Shown here: positions 45,841-54,824 of the stretch, piece after piece
Layout: each line of letters starts with the position of its first letter
Position numbering within the stretch: the first letter of the stretch is position 1
Made by a program: the position numbers and the translations under genes
DNA from: Escherichia phage mogra
Sequence record: MN850579.1
Length of the DNA stretch: 64,000 bases
Strand: one strand, 5' to 3'
Notes under the pieces: model-generated
The model's input: the letters and a program-made list of their open reading frames with translations, nothing else
Databases searched by the model: none
Told to the model about the DNA's origin: nothing

Positions 45841-46389
45841 ATGGCTAAAATTATTTTAGTAGATGGCCCGGATAATGCCGGTAAAACAACTTTCATTAAT
45901 GACATAATGGAAATTAGTGAAAGATATGTAAAGATTGATTTCCCTAAACGAACAGTTGATGGACGTTTCGATGTTAAGTCTCGAAATGAAGTTGGTTGTT
46001 TCGAAACGATGTTGAATTATTTAGACCCTACTAAGATTTATCTGTTAGACCGTGGATATATTAGTAACTGGGTTTATGGACGTATTCGACAAGATGCGGA
46101 CTCTGTTCTTGATGTTTATGAGCAGGATTATGTTCGTCTTTGCCAAAACCATGATGTGTTCACAATTATTTTAACACGTAACGAAATGACTGAAAGTTTT
46201 GAAGACGACCTTATTACTTTGTCTTCATTCGGTTTTAATACAGTCATTTCACATTTTGAAGAGTTTGCAATTCATAACAAAATCCAAACGTATCAATTAC
46301 TTAATCATGATGGTGCTAACAAAGTTATAGGATTTAATGCAAGCGAACGTAATGGTTTGATTACAGAAATCATCAAATGGGCTCGTTAA
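45841..46389 (+). CDS. P-loop nucleotide kinase (thymidylate-kinase-like)
   Basis: P-loop VDGPDNAGKTT; DRGY motif (LLDRGYISNWVYGR) reminiscent of Tmk DRY/DRH; 182 aa. Confidence 0.62.
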   Translation: MAKIILVDGPDNAGKTTFINDIMEISERYVKIDFPKRTVDGRFDVKSRNEVGCFETMLNYLDPTKIYLLDRGYISNWVYGRIRQDADSVLDVYEQDYVRLCQNHDVFTIILTRNEMTESFEDDLITLSSFGFNTVISHFEEFAIHNKIQTYQLLNHDGANKVIGFNASERNGLITEIIKWAR

Positions 46390-46487
46390 GAGCCATTTAA
46401 AGTTTTAAATGCTGTATAACCCTTAGTATATAATCGTCTTATCTTTTAAACATGAGTAAAATATAATGATGCCTATGGAAAAATACA

Positions 46488-47660
46488 ATGTCTGATTTAA
46501 AATCTCGTCTGATTAAAGCTTCTACTTCTAAAATGACTGCAGACTTGACTAAGTCTAAGCTGTTTAATAATCGTGATGAAGTCCCTACTCGTATTCCGAT
46601 GTTGAATATCGCACTAGGTGGTGCTCTGAATGCAGGATTGCAATCAGGCTTGACTATTTTTGCTGCACCTTCTAAACATTTTAAAACATTGTTTGGACTG
46701 ACCATGGTTGCAGCATATATGAAGAAATATAAAGATGCAATTTGTTTGTTCTATGATTCGGAATTTGGTGCTTCAGAATCTTATTTTCGATCAATGGGTG
46801 TTGATTTAGACCGAGTAGTTCATACTCCGATTCAATCTGTCGAACAACTTAAAGTTGATATGACTAATCAGCTTGACGCGATTGAACGCGGCGATAAAGT
46901 TATTATCTTTATCGATTCAATCGGTAATACTGCATCTAAGAAAGAAACCGAAGATGCGTTGAACGAGAAAGTTGTAGGTGATATGTCTCGTGCTAAGGCA
47001 CTTAAATCTCTTTTCCGTATTGTGACTCCTTATCTGACTATTAAAGATATTCCATGTGTTGCAATCAACCATACAGCAATGGAAATTGGCGGATTGTATC
47101 CTAAAGAGATTATGGGCGGCGGTACAGGTATTCTTTACTCGGCTAACACTGTATTCTTTATCTCTAAACGTCAGGTTAAAGATGGCACTGAATTGACCGG
47201 TTATGACTTCACGTTGAAAGCAGAAAAATCTCGCACAGTTAAAGAGAAATCTACTTTCCCAATCACAGTTAATTTTGATGGTGGTATCGACCCATTCAGT
47301 GGCTTGTTAGAAATGGCAACTGAAATTGGATTTGTTGTTAAGCCTAAAGCCGGTTGGTATGCTCGTGAATTCCTTGACGAAGAAACAGGCGAAATGATTC
47401 GTGAAGAGAAATCGTGGCGTGCTAAAGCTACTGATTGTGTAGAATTCTGGGGACCGTTGTTTAAACACAAACCTTTCCGAGATGCAATTGAAACTAAATA
47501 TAAACTAGGTGCTATCTCTTCTATTAAAGAAGTTGATGACGCTGTTAACGACCTTATTAATTGCAAAGCAACAACTAAAGTTCCTGTTAAAACTTCTGAT
47601 GCTCCGTCTGCAGCAGATATAGAAAACGACCTTGACGAAATGGAAGATTTCGATGAATAA
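46488..47660 (+). CDS. uvsX: recombinase UvsX (RecA-like)
   Basis: MSDLKSRLIKASTSKMTADLTKSKLFNNRDEVPTRIPMLNIALGG... and ...GWYAREFLDEETGEMIREEKSWRAK... match recalled T4 UvsX; 390 aa. Confidence 0.95.
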   Translation: MSDLKSRLIKASTSKMTADLTKSKLFNNRDEVPTRIPMLNIALGGALNAGLQSGLTIFAAPSKHFKTLFGLTMVAAYMKKYKDAICLFYDSEFGASESYFRSMGVDLDRVVHTPIQSVEQLKVDMTNQLDAIERGDKVIIFIDSIGNTASKKETEDALNEKVVGDMSRAKALKSLFRIVTPYLTIKDIPCVAINHTAMEIGGLYPKEIMGGGTGILYSANTVFFISKRQVKDGTELTGYDFTLKAEKSRTVKEKSTFPITVNFDGGIDPFSGLLEMATEIGFVVKPKAGWYAREFLDEETGEMIREEKSWRAKATDCVEFWGPLFKHKPFRDAIETKYKLGAISSIKEVDDAVNDLINCKATTKVPVKTSDAPSAADIENDLDEMEDFDE

Positions 47661-47994
47661 TCTCGTTGATTTAAATCTAGAAATCGTTGATGAATCCCCT
47701 TCTTCGGAAGGGGAAGACATTCGCAAAGAACGAGTGTTTAATGAATCTCTTAAAATTGTCCGTTCAGCAATGGAAAATGTCATTCAAGAGATTCTGATTA
47801 CACTTGAAGACGGTTCCCATCATATAGTCTATATTACAAAACTAGACTGGGTTGATGGTAAAATCGTAATGGACTTTGCAGTTCTTGACCAGGACAGAAA
47901 AGCAGAACTTGCACCACATGTTGAAAAATGTGTTACAATGCAAGTACAACAAGCTTTTAATGAACGGACCAAGAAAAAATTTAAATTCTTTTAA
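47653..47994 (+). CDS. 40: gp40-position protein
   Basis: ATG 47653 overlaps uvsX stop; 113 aa between uvsX and 41 as in T4. Confidence 0.65.
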   Translation: MNNLVDLNLEIVDESPSSEGEDIRKERVFNESLKIVRSAMENVIQEILITLEDGSHHIVYITKLDWVDGKIVMDFAVLDQDRKAELAPHVEKCVTMQVQQAFNERTKKKFKFF

Positions 47995-48003
47995 GGAGTT
48001 ATC

Positions 48004-49446
48004 GTGGTAGAAATTATTTTGTCTCATCTCGTATATGACCAGGCTTATTTTTCTAAGGTCTGGCCTTATATGGATTCTGAGTATTTTGAGCGTGGACCGG
48101 CAAAAAACGTCTTTAAAATTATAAAGAGCCACGTTAACGAATATAATGCAATGCCATCTATCAATGCATTAAAGGTGGCTTTAGATAACAGTTCTTTAAC
48201 TGAAGCCGAATATAAAGGAACTTCAGACCTAATTGAAAAATTGGCTGATACTCCTGAAGACCACGAATGGTTGGTTAAAGAAACTGAGAAATATGTCCAG
48301 CAAAAAGCGATGTATAATGCTACGTCTAAAATCATTGAGATTCAGTCTAATGCTGAACTACCTCCAGAACAACGTAACAAGAAAATGCCCGACGTAGGAG
48401 CTATTCCTGATATTATGCGTCAAGCACTTTCAATTTCGTTTGATAGTTATATTGGGCATGACTGGATGGAAGACTATGAAGCACGCTGGCTTTCTTATCT
48501 GAACAAAGCACGTAAGGTCCCGTTCAAATTAAACATTTTGAATAAAATCACCAAAGGCGGCGCAGAAACAGGTACACTAAACGTTTTAATGGCTGGTGTT
48601 AACGTCGGTAAATCTTTAGGCCTTTGTTCACTTGCTGCAGATTATCTTCAAACAGGTCATAATGTTCTTTATATTTCAATGGAAATGGCTGAAGAAGTTT
48701 GTGCTAAGCGTATAGATGCAAACATGCTTGACGTATCACTCGATGATATTGATGATGGTAACGTATCTTATGCTGAATATAAAGCCAAGATGGAAAAATG
48801 GCGTTCAAAAACAACATTAGGACGTTTAGTAGTTAAACAGTATCCTACTGGTGGAGCTAATGCTAATACATTTCGTGCATTGCTTAATGAGTTAAAACTT
48901 AAGAAGAACTTTGTGCCATCTGTAATCATGGTTGATTACTTAGGTATTTGTGGGTCTTGTCGTATCAGAGTTTACACTGAAAATAGCTACACATTAGTTA
49001 AAGCTATCGCAGAAGAACTTCGTGCATTAGCAGTAGAATCTGAAACAGTTCTATGGACTGCAGCTCAAGTAGGACGTGCAGCATGGGATGCTTCAGACAT
49101 GAACATGAGTGATATCGCAGAATCAGCAGGTTTACCAGCAACGGCAGATTTCATGTTGGCTGTAATTGAAACCGAAGAACTTGCACAAGCTGAACAACAA
49201 CTTATCAAACAAATCAAATCACGATACGGCGATAAGAATAAGTGGAATAAATTCCTGATGGGTGTACGTAAAGGCAATCAGAAATGGGTTGAGATTGAGC
49301 AAGAAGGCATGAACACACCTAACACAGTAAATGAAAACGCAGGTGCTCAGATGCGTCAGGCAGAGGTGAATCGTACGGAACGCGTAGGTAAAGCCAAAGC
49401 AACACGTGCTGACCTAGATAGCTTAGCCAATGAGTTAAAATTTTAA
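48004..49446 (+). CDS. 41: replicative DNA helicase gp41 (DnaB-like)
   Basis: GTG start; MVEIILSHLVYDQAYFSKVWPYMDSEYFE...; Walker A AGVNVGKS; 480 aa. Confidence 0.95.
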   Translation: MVEIILSHLVYDQAYFSKVWPYMDSEYFERGPAKNVFKIIKSHVNEYNAMPSINALKVALDNSSLTEAEYKGTSDLIEKLADTPEDHEWLVKETEKYVQQKAMYNATSKIIEIQSNAELPPEQRNKKMPDVGAIPDIMRQALSISFDSYIGHDWMEDYEARWLSYLNKARKVPFKLNILNKITKGGAETGTLNVLMAGVNVGKSLGLCSLAADYLQTGHNVLYISMEMAEEVCAKRIDANMLDVSLDDIDDGNVSYAEYKAKMEKWRSKTTLGRLVVKQYPTGGANANTFRALLNELKLKKNFVPSVIMVDYLGICGSCRIRVYTENSYTLVKAIAEELRALAVESETVLWTAAQVGRAAWDASDMNMSDIAESAGLPATADFMLAVIETEELAQAEQQLIKQIKSRYGDKNKWNKFLMGVRKGNQKWVEIEQEGMNTPNTVNENAGAQMRQAEVNRTERVGKAKATRADLDSLANELKF

Positions 49447-49452
49447 TAAAAA

Positions 49453-49472
49453 GGAGACTTCGGTCTCCTTTC
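49453..49472 (+). terminator. intrinsic terminator
   Basis: GGAGAC-TTCG-GTCTCC hairpin followed by TTT. Confidence 0.65.
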
Positions 49473-49534
49473 GGGGTTTACATCTTCCTCTAGGCATGAT
49501 ATGATGTACTTACACAAACCAAGAGGAAAACATT

Positions 49535-49909
49535 ATGAATATGTCTCAAGCAATTTTTACTGCAATCACCGAAAACACAACTGTTGAAGTAGTTTCTCCG
49601 CTGGCAACTTACGTTATTCTTGCTCCTAAAACTATTGTATCTCGTATGGAAAACATGGGCAAACGTATCGTACAAATTGTTGGAGCCGGAAATCAAAAAC
49701 TTGATTATCTACGAACCATCAAAGCTTATGAACATTTCCAACTCGAAAAAGGTTCTCCTATCCAGGTAGAACTCGTAAATGGTGATATCGTTCGAGCAAT
49801 GTTCCATCATTTCTATGCATTGAATGACCCATCTAAAGCGGTTCGTTTAATTGCATATGACGCAAACCAAAACGAAATCAACGCGGATATATCTAAATTA
49901 CGTTTTTAA
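49535..49909 (+). CDS. hypothetical protein
   Basis: AAGAGGAAA RBS; 124 aa. Confidence 0.55.
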   Translation: MNMSQAIFTAITENTTVEVVSPLATYVILAPKTIVSRMENMGKRIVQIVGAGNQKLDYLRTIKAYEHFQLEKGSPIQVELVNGDIVRAMFHHFYALNDPSKAVRLIAYDANQNEINADISKLRF

Positions 49910-49960
49910 GTTTACTTCTCCAGTAGTTGTGTTATTATAGACCTATCAACTACTGGAGAA
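49910..49960 (+). promoter_or_regulatory. early-type promoter embedded in a 14-bp inverted repeat that can sequester the SD
   Basis: GTTTAC 49910-49915; arm TTCTCCAGTAGTTG 49916-49929; TATTAT 49933-49938; perfect complement CAACTACTGGAGAA 49947-49960. Confidence 0.6.
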
Positions 49961-49964
49961 CAAA

Positions 49965-50282
49965 ATGAAAACCATCGATTGTAAAGCAGAATTTAAGATT
50001 TTTTATCACGGTTCAAGTAGTTCAGCTAACATCGAAAACATGCTTTGTCCTCCTGAAGAAACAGGAGTTCTGTCTGAAACTGGACGTAAGAAAAACTTGG
50101 ATCGTGTATTCTTTACTGAAGATATCGGTTTAGCAAAGATTTATGCAGGACGAGCAGCACGCTCTTATGGAGGTGAACCACGTCTCTATCGAGTAATTTC
50201 TCCGGTAGATGTAGTTCAAATGAATGATACTAAAGGCGCTACAGTTTATCACGCTGAATGGGCATTTTGCGAGGAAATATGA
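49965..50282 (+). CDS. hypothetical protein
   Basis: 105 aa. Confidence 0.55.
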   Translation: MKTIDCKAEFKIFYHGSSSSANIENMLCPPEETGVLSETGRKKNLDRVFFTEDIGLAKIYAGRAARSYGGEPRLYRVISPVDVVQMNDTKGATVYHAEWAFCEEI

Positions 50283-50467
50283 GCAAATTAACTAAAGTTA
50301 CTTTTATCGGTTGGTTTAAAAGCGGTGAGATGTTCACTAAAGATATCATGTTATCAGGTGATCGCGAAGAAATCGAGTGGGTTACGGTACAACTTGCTGA
50401 AGTGAACAAAGCATTAGTTAAAGCATTTGTTAATGACGAGAAAGTTTTTGAAGCAGATTTTCGATAA
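50279..50467 (+). CDS. small protein, possible Dmd-like antitoxin
   Basis: ATG 50279 overlaps upstream stop (ATGA); 62 aa; size and position downstream of 41 fit T4 dmd; identity from incomplete recall. Confidence 0.45.
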   Translation: MSKLTKVTFIGWFKSGEMFTKDIMLSGDREEIEWVTVQLAEVNKALVKAFVNDEKVFEADFR

Positions 50468-50538
50468 TTTTAAAATAACTGTTTACAAGCACCACATACT
50501 GTGTTACTATCTTTCTATCAACTACAGAGGAAATTGAA

Positions 50539-50907
50539 ATGAAAAAATTAATCGCTTTAGCAATGGTATTTGGATTAACCGGATGTGGTGCCCATGGCTT
50601 TATCCCTAATAACGTTGGCCAACTGATTTACAATCCGAATGTTAAACAGTACGACCAACCTAAAGTTGAAGTGGAAGACCCGGTTACTGTAGGTAATCGA
50701 ATGATTCAAGCTGATGCTCATGCTCAACGTTATCGTGATTCTGATACTGTAGCATTGTCAAAAGAACAACGCGTTAAAGAACATTGTCTACAGGCTACTG
50801 AAATTGCATTCATTCGCTATGTTGAAACAACTGGTAAAGAGCCTACCCAGAAACAAATCGCGAATAACTACGTCCAGTGTATTGAACGTTTAAACAAATT
50901 TAATTAA
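50539..50907 (+). CDS. lipoprotein
   Basis: Signal peptide with lipobox MKKLIALAMVFGLTGC; 122 aa. Confidence 0.6.
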   Translation: MKKLIALAMVFGLTGCGAHGFIPNNVGQLIYNPNVKQYDQPKVEVEDPVTVGNRMIQADAHAQRYRDSDTVALSKEQRVKEHCLQATEIAFIRYVETTGKEPTQKQIANNYVQCIERLNKFN

Positions 50908-50968
50908 TTGGTTTACACCAAAGTTAAAATAAGATACTATAAACATAACAAATCAAGAGGAAATTAAC

Positions 50969-51217
50969 ATGGAATTATTCGTAGCTAGTTCAGTAGCAGT
51001 TTTAATCGCAGGTATTGGTTCAATCATCATTTACATGTTGCCTTGGGTAATCGCACTTATTCGTGGCACAAAAAGCACAACAGCAATCTTCTTTGTATCT
51101 TTACTCTTTAACTGGACGATGGTTGGTTGGATTGGAACTTTAATTTGGTCTATCGTTGCCGAAAAGAAATCTGCTCAGCAGCATCAACAAGTAATTATTA
51201 TTCGCGAAAAAGAATAA
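50969..51217 (+). CDS. small two-helix membrane protein, superinfection-immunity (Imm)-like
   Basis: MLPWVIALIRG...TMVGWIGTLIWSIVA resembles the Imm_superinfect motif from memory; 82 aa. Confidence 0.45.
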   Translation: MELFVASSVAVLIAGIGSIIIYMLPWVIALIRGTKSTTAIFFVSLLFNWTMVGWIGTLIWSIVAEKKSAQQHQQVIIIREKE

Positions 51218-51221
51218 ACTT

Positions 51222-51256
51222 GTTTACATTATAGATGGACTATAGTATAGTAGTCC
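51222..51256 (+). promoter_or_regulatory. early-type promoter with palindromic -10 region
   Basis: GTTTAC 51222-51227; arms GGACTA 51237-51242 / TAGTCC 51251-51256; TATAGT 51246-51251. Confidence 0.5.
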
Positions 51257-51280
51257 TATCAAATCAACTAAGGAGTTAAA

Positions 51281-51574
51281 ATGAAAAAGTTATCATTGGC
51301 AGCAATCTTACTTGCAGTATCATGTGCACCGGCTCCAGTTACGGCAGGTTATGATAAAGACCTCTGTGAGTGGTCAATGACTGCAAATCAAGAAGATGTT
51401 GAACAACAAATCTTCTCTGATATCATGAACATCACTAAACGAGACCGTCCTAATATGGTTAATAAAGTTGTTGAACAACTTAAGTCTGGCGGTATCATGC
51501 AGTACAACTATGTTTTGTATTGTGACCCTAATTTCGATAACAAAGATATCGTAACCGAAATCACAGGTGAATAA
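51281..51574 (+). CDS. sp: spackle periplasmic protein
   Basis: Signal peptide MKKLSLAAILLAVSCA then ...GYDKDLCEWSMTANQEDVEQQ...SGGIMQYNYVLYCD... matches recalled T4 Sp; 97 aa. Confidence 0.8.
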   Translation: MKKLSLAAILLAVSCAPAPVTAGYDKDLCEWSMTANQEDVEQQIFSDIMNITKRDRPNMVNKVVEQLKSGGIMQYNYVLYCDPNFDNKDIVTEITGE

Positions 51575-51575
51575 T

Positions 51576-52226
51576 ATGATTTATTATATACACAAAAATG
51601 CACCATTTAAATATGGTAAATTTCCTAATGCACAATGCTATAATATAACGCCGAATGAAAATAATAACGGATACCATATTGGTGTAATTTTTGTAATTGT
51701 TAAAGATAACGAAATCGTTGCCTGGGCAGATTTTAAAGGTACAACATATGATGTTAATCCTGTGCCTTTCACATATTACAATATAATGGATTTGGCATAT
51801 GATTATAATTGGTTTAATCATGACACGTTGGCTCATATTGAAGGTGTAGGATTTGACATCTCTTATTCTAGCTATTCATTATGTCCTATGAGCCGAGCTC
51901 ACGGTAAAGATGCATCGTATCTTTCAATTCGTAAACGTGTAAACTTCAAACGTAGTACAGAGTATGTTGGTGGACTCTTTGTTAAAGATAATAAAATAAC
52001 CCGTATTAGTTATCCTTTAAGTGTGGGACAAAAAGATGTTGATGTCGATTTAGACTTAACTGAAAATAACATTAATCGTATTGCTTCTGTATATTTTGAT
52101 ATCGATGAAAAAATTGTAGTGTGTGGATACGAATTACCACCTGAAGAAAAGGCTGAAGCAATTGAAGTCGAATTAGAAATTTCTGTTGATGACCAAATAT
52201 TTAATGCATTTATGAATCGAGGTTAA
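51576..52226 (+). CDS. hypothetical protein in the 61.2 position
   Basis: ATG 51576 two nt after sp stop; 216 aa. Confidence 0.55.
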   Translation: MIYYIHKNAPFKYGKFPNAQCYNITPNENNNGYHIGVIFVIVKDNEIVAWADFKGTTYDVNPVPFTYYNIMDLAYDYNWFNHDTLAHIEGVGFDISYSSYSLCPMSRAHGKDASYLSIRKRVNFKRSTEYVGGLFVKDNKITRISYPLSVGQKDVDVDLDLTENNINRIASVYFDIDEKIVVCGYELPPEEKAEAIEVELEISVDDQIFNAFMNRG

Positions 52227-52227
52227 A

Positions 52228-52425
52228 ATGACTACTGCAATTTGCACTGGTTCTAAAATTAGTGTTTTTACAAGTTTTGAAGATTATGAAGTTGTTTCAA
52301 AACACCAATGCCATATTAGCGTAAAAGCTAATGACGGTGTAATTTGGAATATTCCACAGTATGAAGGCACTACATATGAAGTCACAGATATAAATGGTGA
52401 CAAAGCAATCTTTGTAATTGATTAA
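52228..52425 (+). CDS. hypothetical protein
   Basis: 65 aa. Confidence 0.5.
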   Translation: MTTAICTGSKISVFTSFEDYEVVSKHQCHISVKANDGVIWNIPQYEGTTYEVTDINGDKAIFVID

Positions 52426-52444
52426 ATATACTCAGGAGGTACCT

Positions 52445-52912
52445 ATGGGTATTATTAACACTGCAATAGATTCTGTTTATGCATATAAGTTTATTCGACT
52501 AATGCAAAAACCTTTTACCGAATGGAAAGCATATGAAGCCAAAATCATCGATGAACGTGGAAGTGTTCTTAAACGCCCTTCCACTCCTGAAGAGAAAGCG
52601 GCTTATACACCTTTTCATGCTTCAGTTCGTTCAATGAAGCGAATGATGAGCACTGTTCCAGGTCTTAATGGAATGGCCTCAATGATGTCTGCTTGGAGTG
52701 CTGTAGCTTCACGCTATAACATTACTGAAGAACAACAGAAAGAAATATTTAAAGAACTCCCTTTATTTGAGGATATGGTTGCTGGCGATTCAGGTGGCAG
52801 CCCTCAAGCTATTGCATCAGGAACTACTACAGGTGCAATTGTAAATAAAGGTCCCGAACAAATTCCTTCCAAGAAAAGAAAGCGAATTAAAGTAAATATT
52901 AATAAGTTGTGA
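52445..52912 (+). CDS. hypothetical protein
   Basis: ATG 52445 after AGGAGG; basic C-terminus KKRKRIKVNINKL; 155 aa. Confidence 0.55.
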   Translation: MGIINTAIDSVYAYKFIRLMQKPFTEWKAYEAKIIDERGSVLKRPSTPEEKAAYTPFHASVRSMKRMMSTVPGLNGMASMMSAWSAVASRYNITEEQQKEIFKELPLFEDMVAGDSGGSPQAIASGTTTGAIVNKGPEQIPSKKRKRIKVNINKL

Positions 52913-52951
52913 TAAGATGGCCTTATTAATTTAAGGCCTCTGGAGAATACT

Positions 52952-53974
52952 ATGGCTGAATGGATAGATAATGAATTTGCTTATCGTGCGTTTTCTCACC
53001 TACCTCGTTTTAGACAAATCAATAATTCAAGCACATTTAAATTAACATTTCGATGTCCAGTTTGTGGCGACTCCCAGACAGATGCAATGAAAGCTCGCGG
53101 ATGGTATTATGGCGGTACTCCTGGTAATGTGCATTGCTATAACTGTCAATACCACAATACAATTTCCGGATACTTAAAAGAGTATGATGAAGAGCTTTAT
53201 CGCGAGTATCTAATGGAAGTTCGTAAAGAAAAAGCTAGAATGGAACCAAAGATTGAAAAGGTTCCTGAACATAAACCAGAACCGGAGAAAAAGACTATAA
53301 ATTCTTTGCCGTCTTGTTCTCGTCTGGACAAGCTGCCTGAAGAGCATCCTATTGTGAAATATGTTAAGTCTCGGTGTATTCCTAAAGAATCATGGAACAG
53401 ATTATGGTTCACATTAGAATGGCCTAAATTGGTCAACAAGATTCAACCTGGTACGTATAAGAAAGAGATTCCTGAACCGCGTTTAGTTATTCCTATTTTT
53501 AATAAAGATGGGAAGGCCGAGTCGTTCCAAGGACGTGCACTTCGTAAAGATGCTCCTCAGAAATATATCACTATTAAAGCATTTGAGTCTGCAACAAAAA
53601 TTTATGGTGTTGAACGTGTTAAGGAAGGAGACGTCTGGGTAATGGAAGGCCCTATTGATAGTTTATTCATACCCAATGCAATCGCTATTACAGGCGGCTC
53701 AATAGATTTAGATGTGGTACCATTTAAAGAACGTCGGGTATGGGTAATGGATAATGAACCTAGGCATCCGGATACTATAGCTCGTATGAAGCGATTAGTT
53801 GATGCAGGCGAACGTGTCATGTTCTGGGATAGAGCTCCATGGAGTTCAAAGGATGTTAATGATATGGTAATGAAAGAAAATGCAACACCACAAGAAATTT
53901 TAGAATATATGAAACAGAATATTTCAAGTGGGTTGCATGCTAAAATGAGATTATCTCGTTATTCGAAGATTTAA
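52952..53974 (+). CDS. 61: DNA primase gp61
   Basis: Zinc ribbon CPVCGDSQTD...CYNC; TOPRIM-like acidic motifs (VMEGPIDSL, DNEPRH); 340 aa. Confidence 0.92.
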   Translation: MAEWIDNEFAYRAFSHLPRFRQINNSSTFKLTFRCPVCGDSQTDAMKARGWYYGGTPGNVHCYNCQYHNTISGYLKEYDEELYREYLMEVRKEKARMEPKIEKVPEHKPEPEKKTINSLPSCSRLDKLPEEHPIVKYVKSRCIPKESWNRLWFTLEWPKLVNKIQPGTYKKEIPEPRLVIPIFNKDGKAESFQGRALRKDAPQKYITIKAFESATKIYGVERVKEGDVWVMEGPIDSLFIPNAIAITGGSIDLDVVPFKERRVWVMDNEPRHPDTIARMKRLVDAGERVMFWDRAPWSSKDVNDMVMKENATPQEILEYMKQNISSGLHAKMRLSRYSKI

Positions 53975-54168
53975 ACAAGCCCTATAACGGCAAAAGCTAG
54001 GTCAACTACAGTATCCAACGGAACAGAAGGAACCATAACACCATGGGCAACTAACAATGGTGCAATTCCGAAGTTCCATGAAATAATGCCACCTACAACT
54101 ATTGCAGCGATAGCAGTTTTCTTTTTATTGCCTTTAATAGCATTGATTAACGATGGAAGTTTAAACAT
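53971..54168 (-). CDS. small membrane protein (only minus-strand gene in window)
   Basis: Strong RBS on - strand (AAGGAGATATT then ATG); 65 aa, two hydrophobic helices; 3' end overlaps gene 61 stop. Confidence 0.5.
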   Translation of the reverse strand: MFKLPSLINAIKGNKKKTAIAAIVVGGIISWNFGIAPLLVAHGVMVPSVPLDTVVDLAFAVIGLV

Positions 54169-54257
54169 AATATCTCCTTAGTTACCTATTATTTATTACG
54201 CTTTATAAAATTAATGGTAGAATTAAACTCTCTTATACTGAATTGAAAGGAAAAATA

Positions 54258-54779
54258 ATGGCGCACTTTAATGAATGTTCACAACTTATTTCTGGTGTTG
54301 ATAAAGCAGAAGAAGCTTATTTTAATGCTCTGATTCACGAAGATAAAGACCCACTTCAGGTAATGCTTGATATGCAGAAATCTTTACAGGTTCGTCTGGC
54401 AAATGACAAGCCTGAACATAACAAACATCCTGATGAATTGGCTACTGCTGGTGATGTTGTTGATTGGCTGCGTAATCAGAAAGATTATATTGATGATGAA
54501 TTCCGTGAACTGTTGACTTCACTTGGTGGTATGAGCAATGGTGAAAAAGCCGCCAGCAGTGTATGGAAGCCTTGGAAAGCACAACATGCTGAATATCGAA
54601 ATCGTCGTATCGATGAACTGTCTCCTGAAGACCAGCTTGAAATTAAATTTGAGATGATTGATATTCTTCATTTCGTTCTGAATATGTTCCAGGGTCTTGG
54701 TCTTACAGCAGAAGAAATCTTTAAACTTTACTACTTGAAAAACCAACACAACTTTGAACGCCAGGATAATGGTTACTGA
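54258..54779 (+). CDS. 56: dCTP pyrophosphatase gp56 (MazG-like)
   Basis: ATG 54258 after AGGA; all-alpha MazG-like NTP-PPase; position between 61 and soc; 173 aa. Confidence 0.8.
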   Translation: MAHFNECSQLISGVDKAEEAYFNALIHEDKDPLQVMLDMQKSLQVRLANDKPEHNKHPDELATAGDVVDWLRNQKDYIDDEFRELLTSLGGMSNGEKAASSVWKPWKAQHAEYRNRRIDELSPEDQLEIKFEMIDILHFVLNMFQGLGLTAEEIFKLYYLKNQHNFERQDNGY

Positions 54780-54785
54780 TTAAGT

Positions 54786-54793
54786 TATAAATA
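54786..54793 (+). promoter_or_regulatory. late promoter box TATAAATA for soc
   Basis: Exact TATAAATA about 32 nt upstream of soc ATG. Confidence 0.55.
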
Positions 54794-54824
54794 CACCTGT
54801 AATTAAACAACAAAGGAGTTAATT

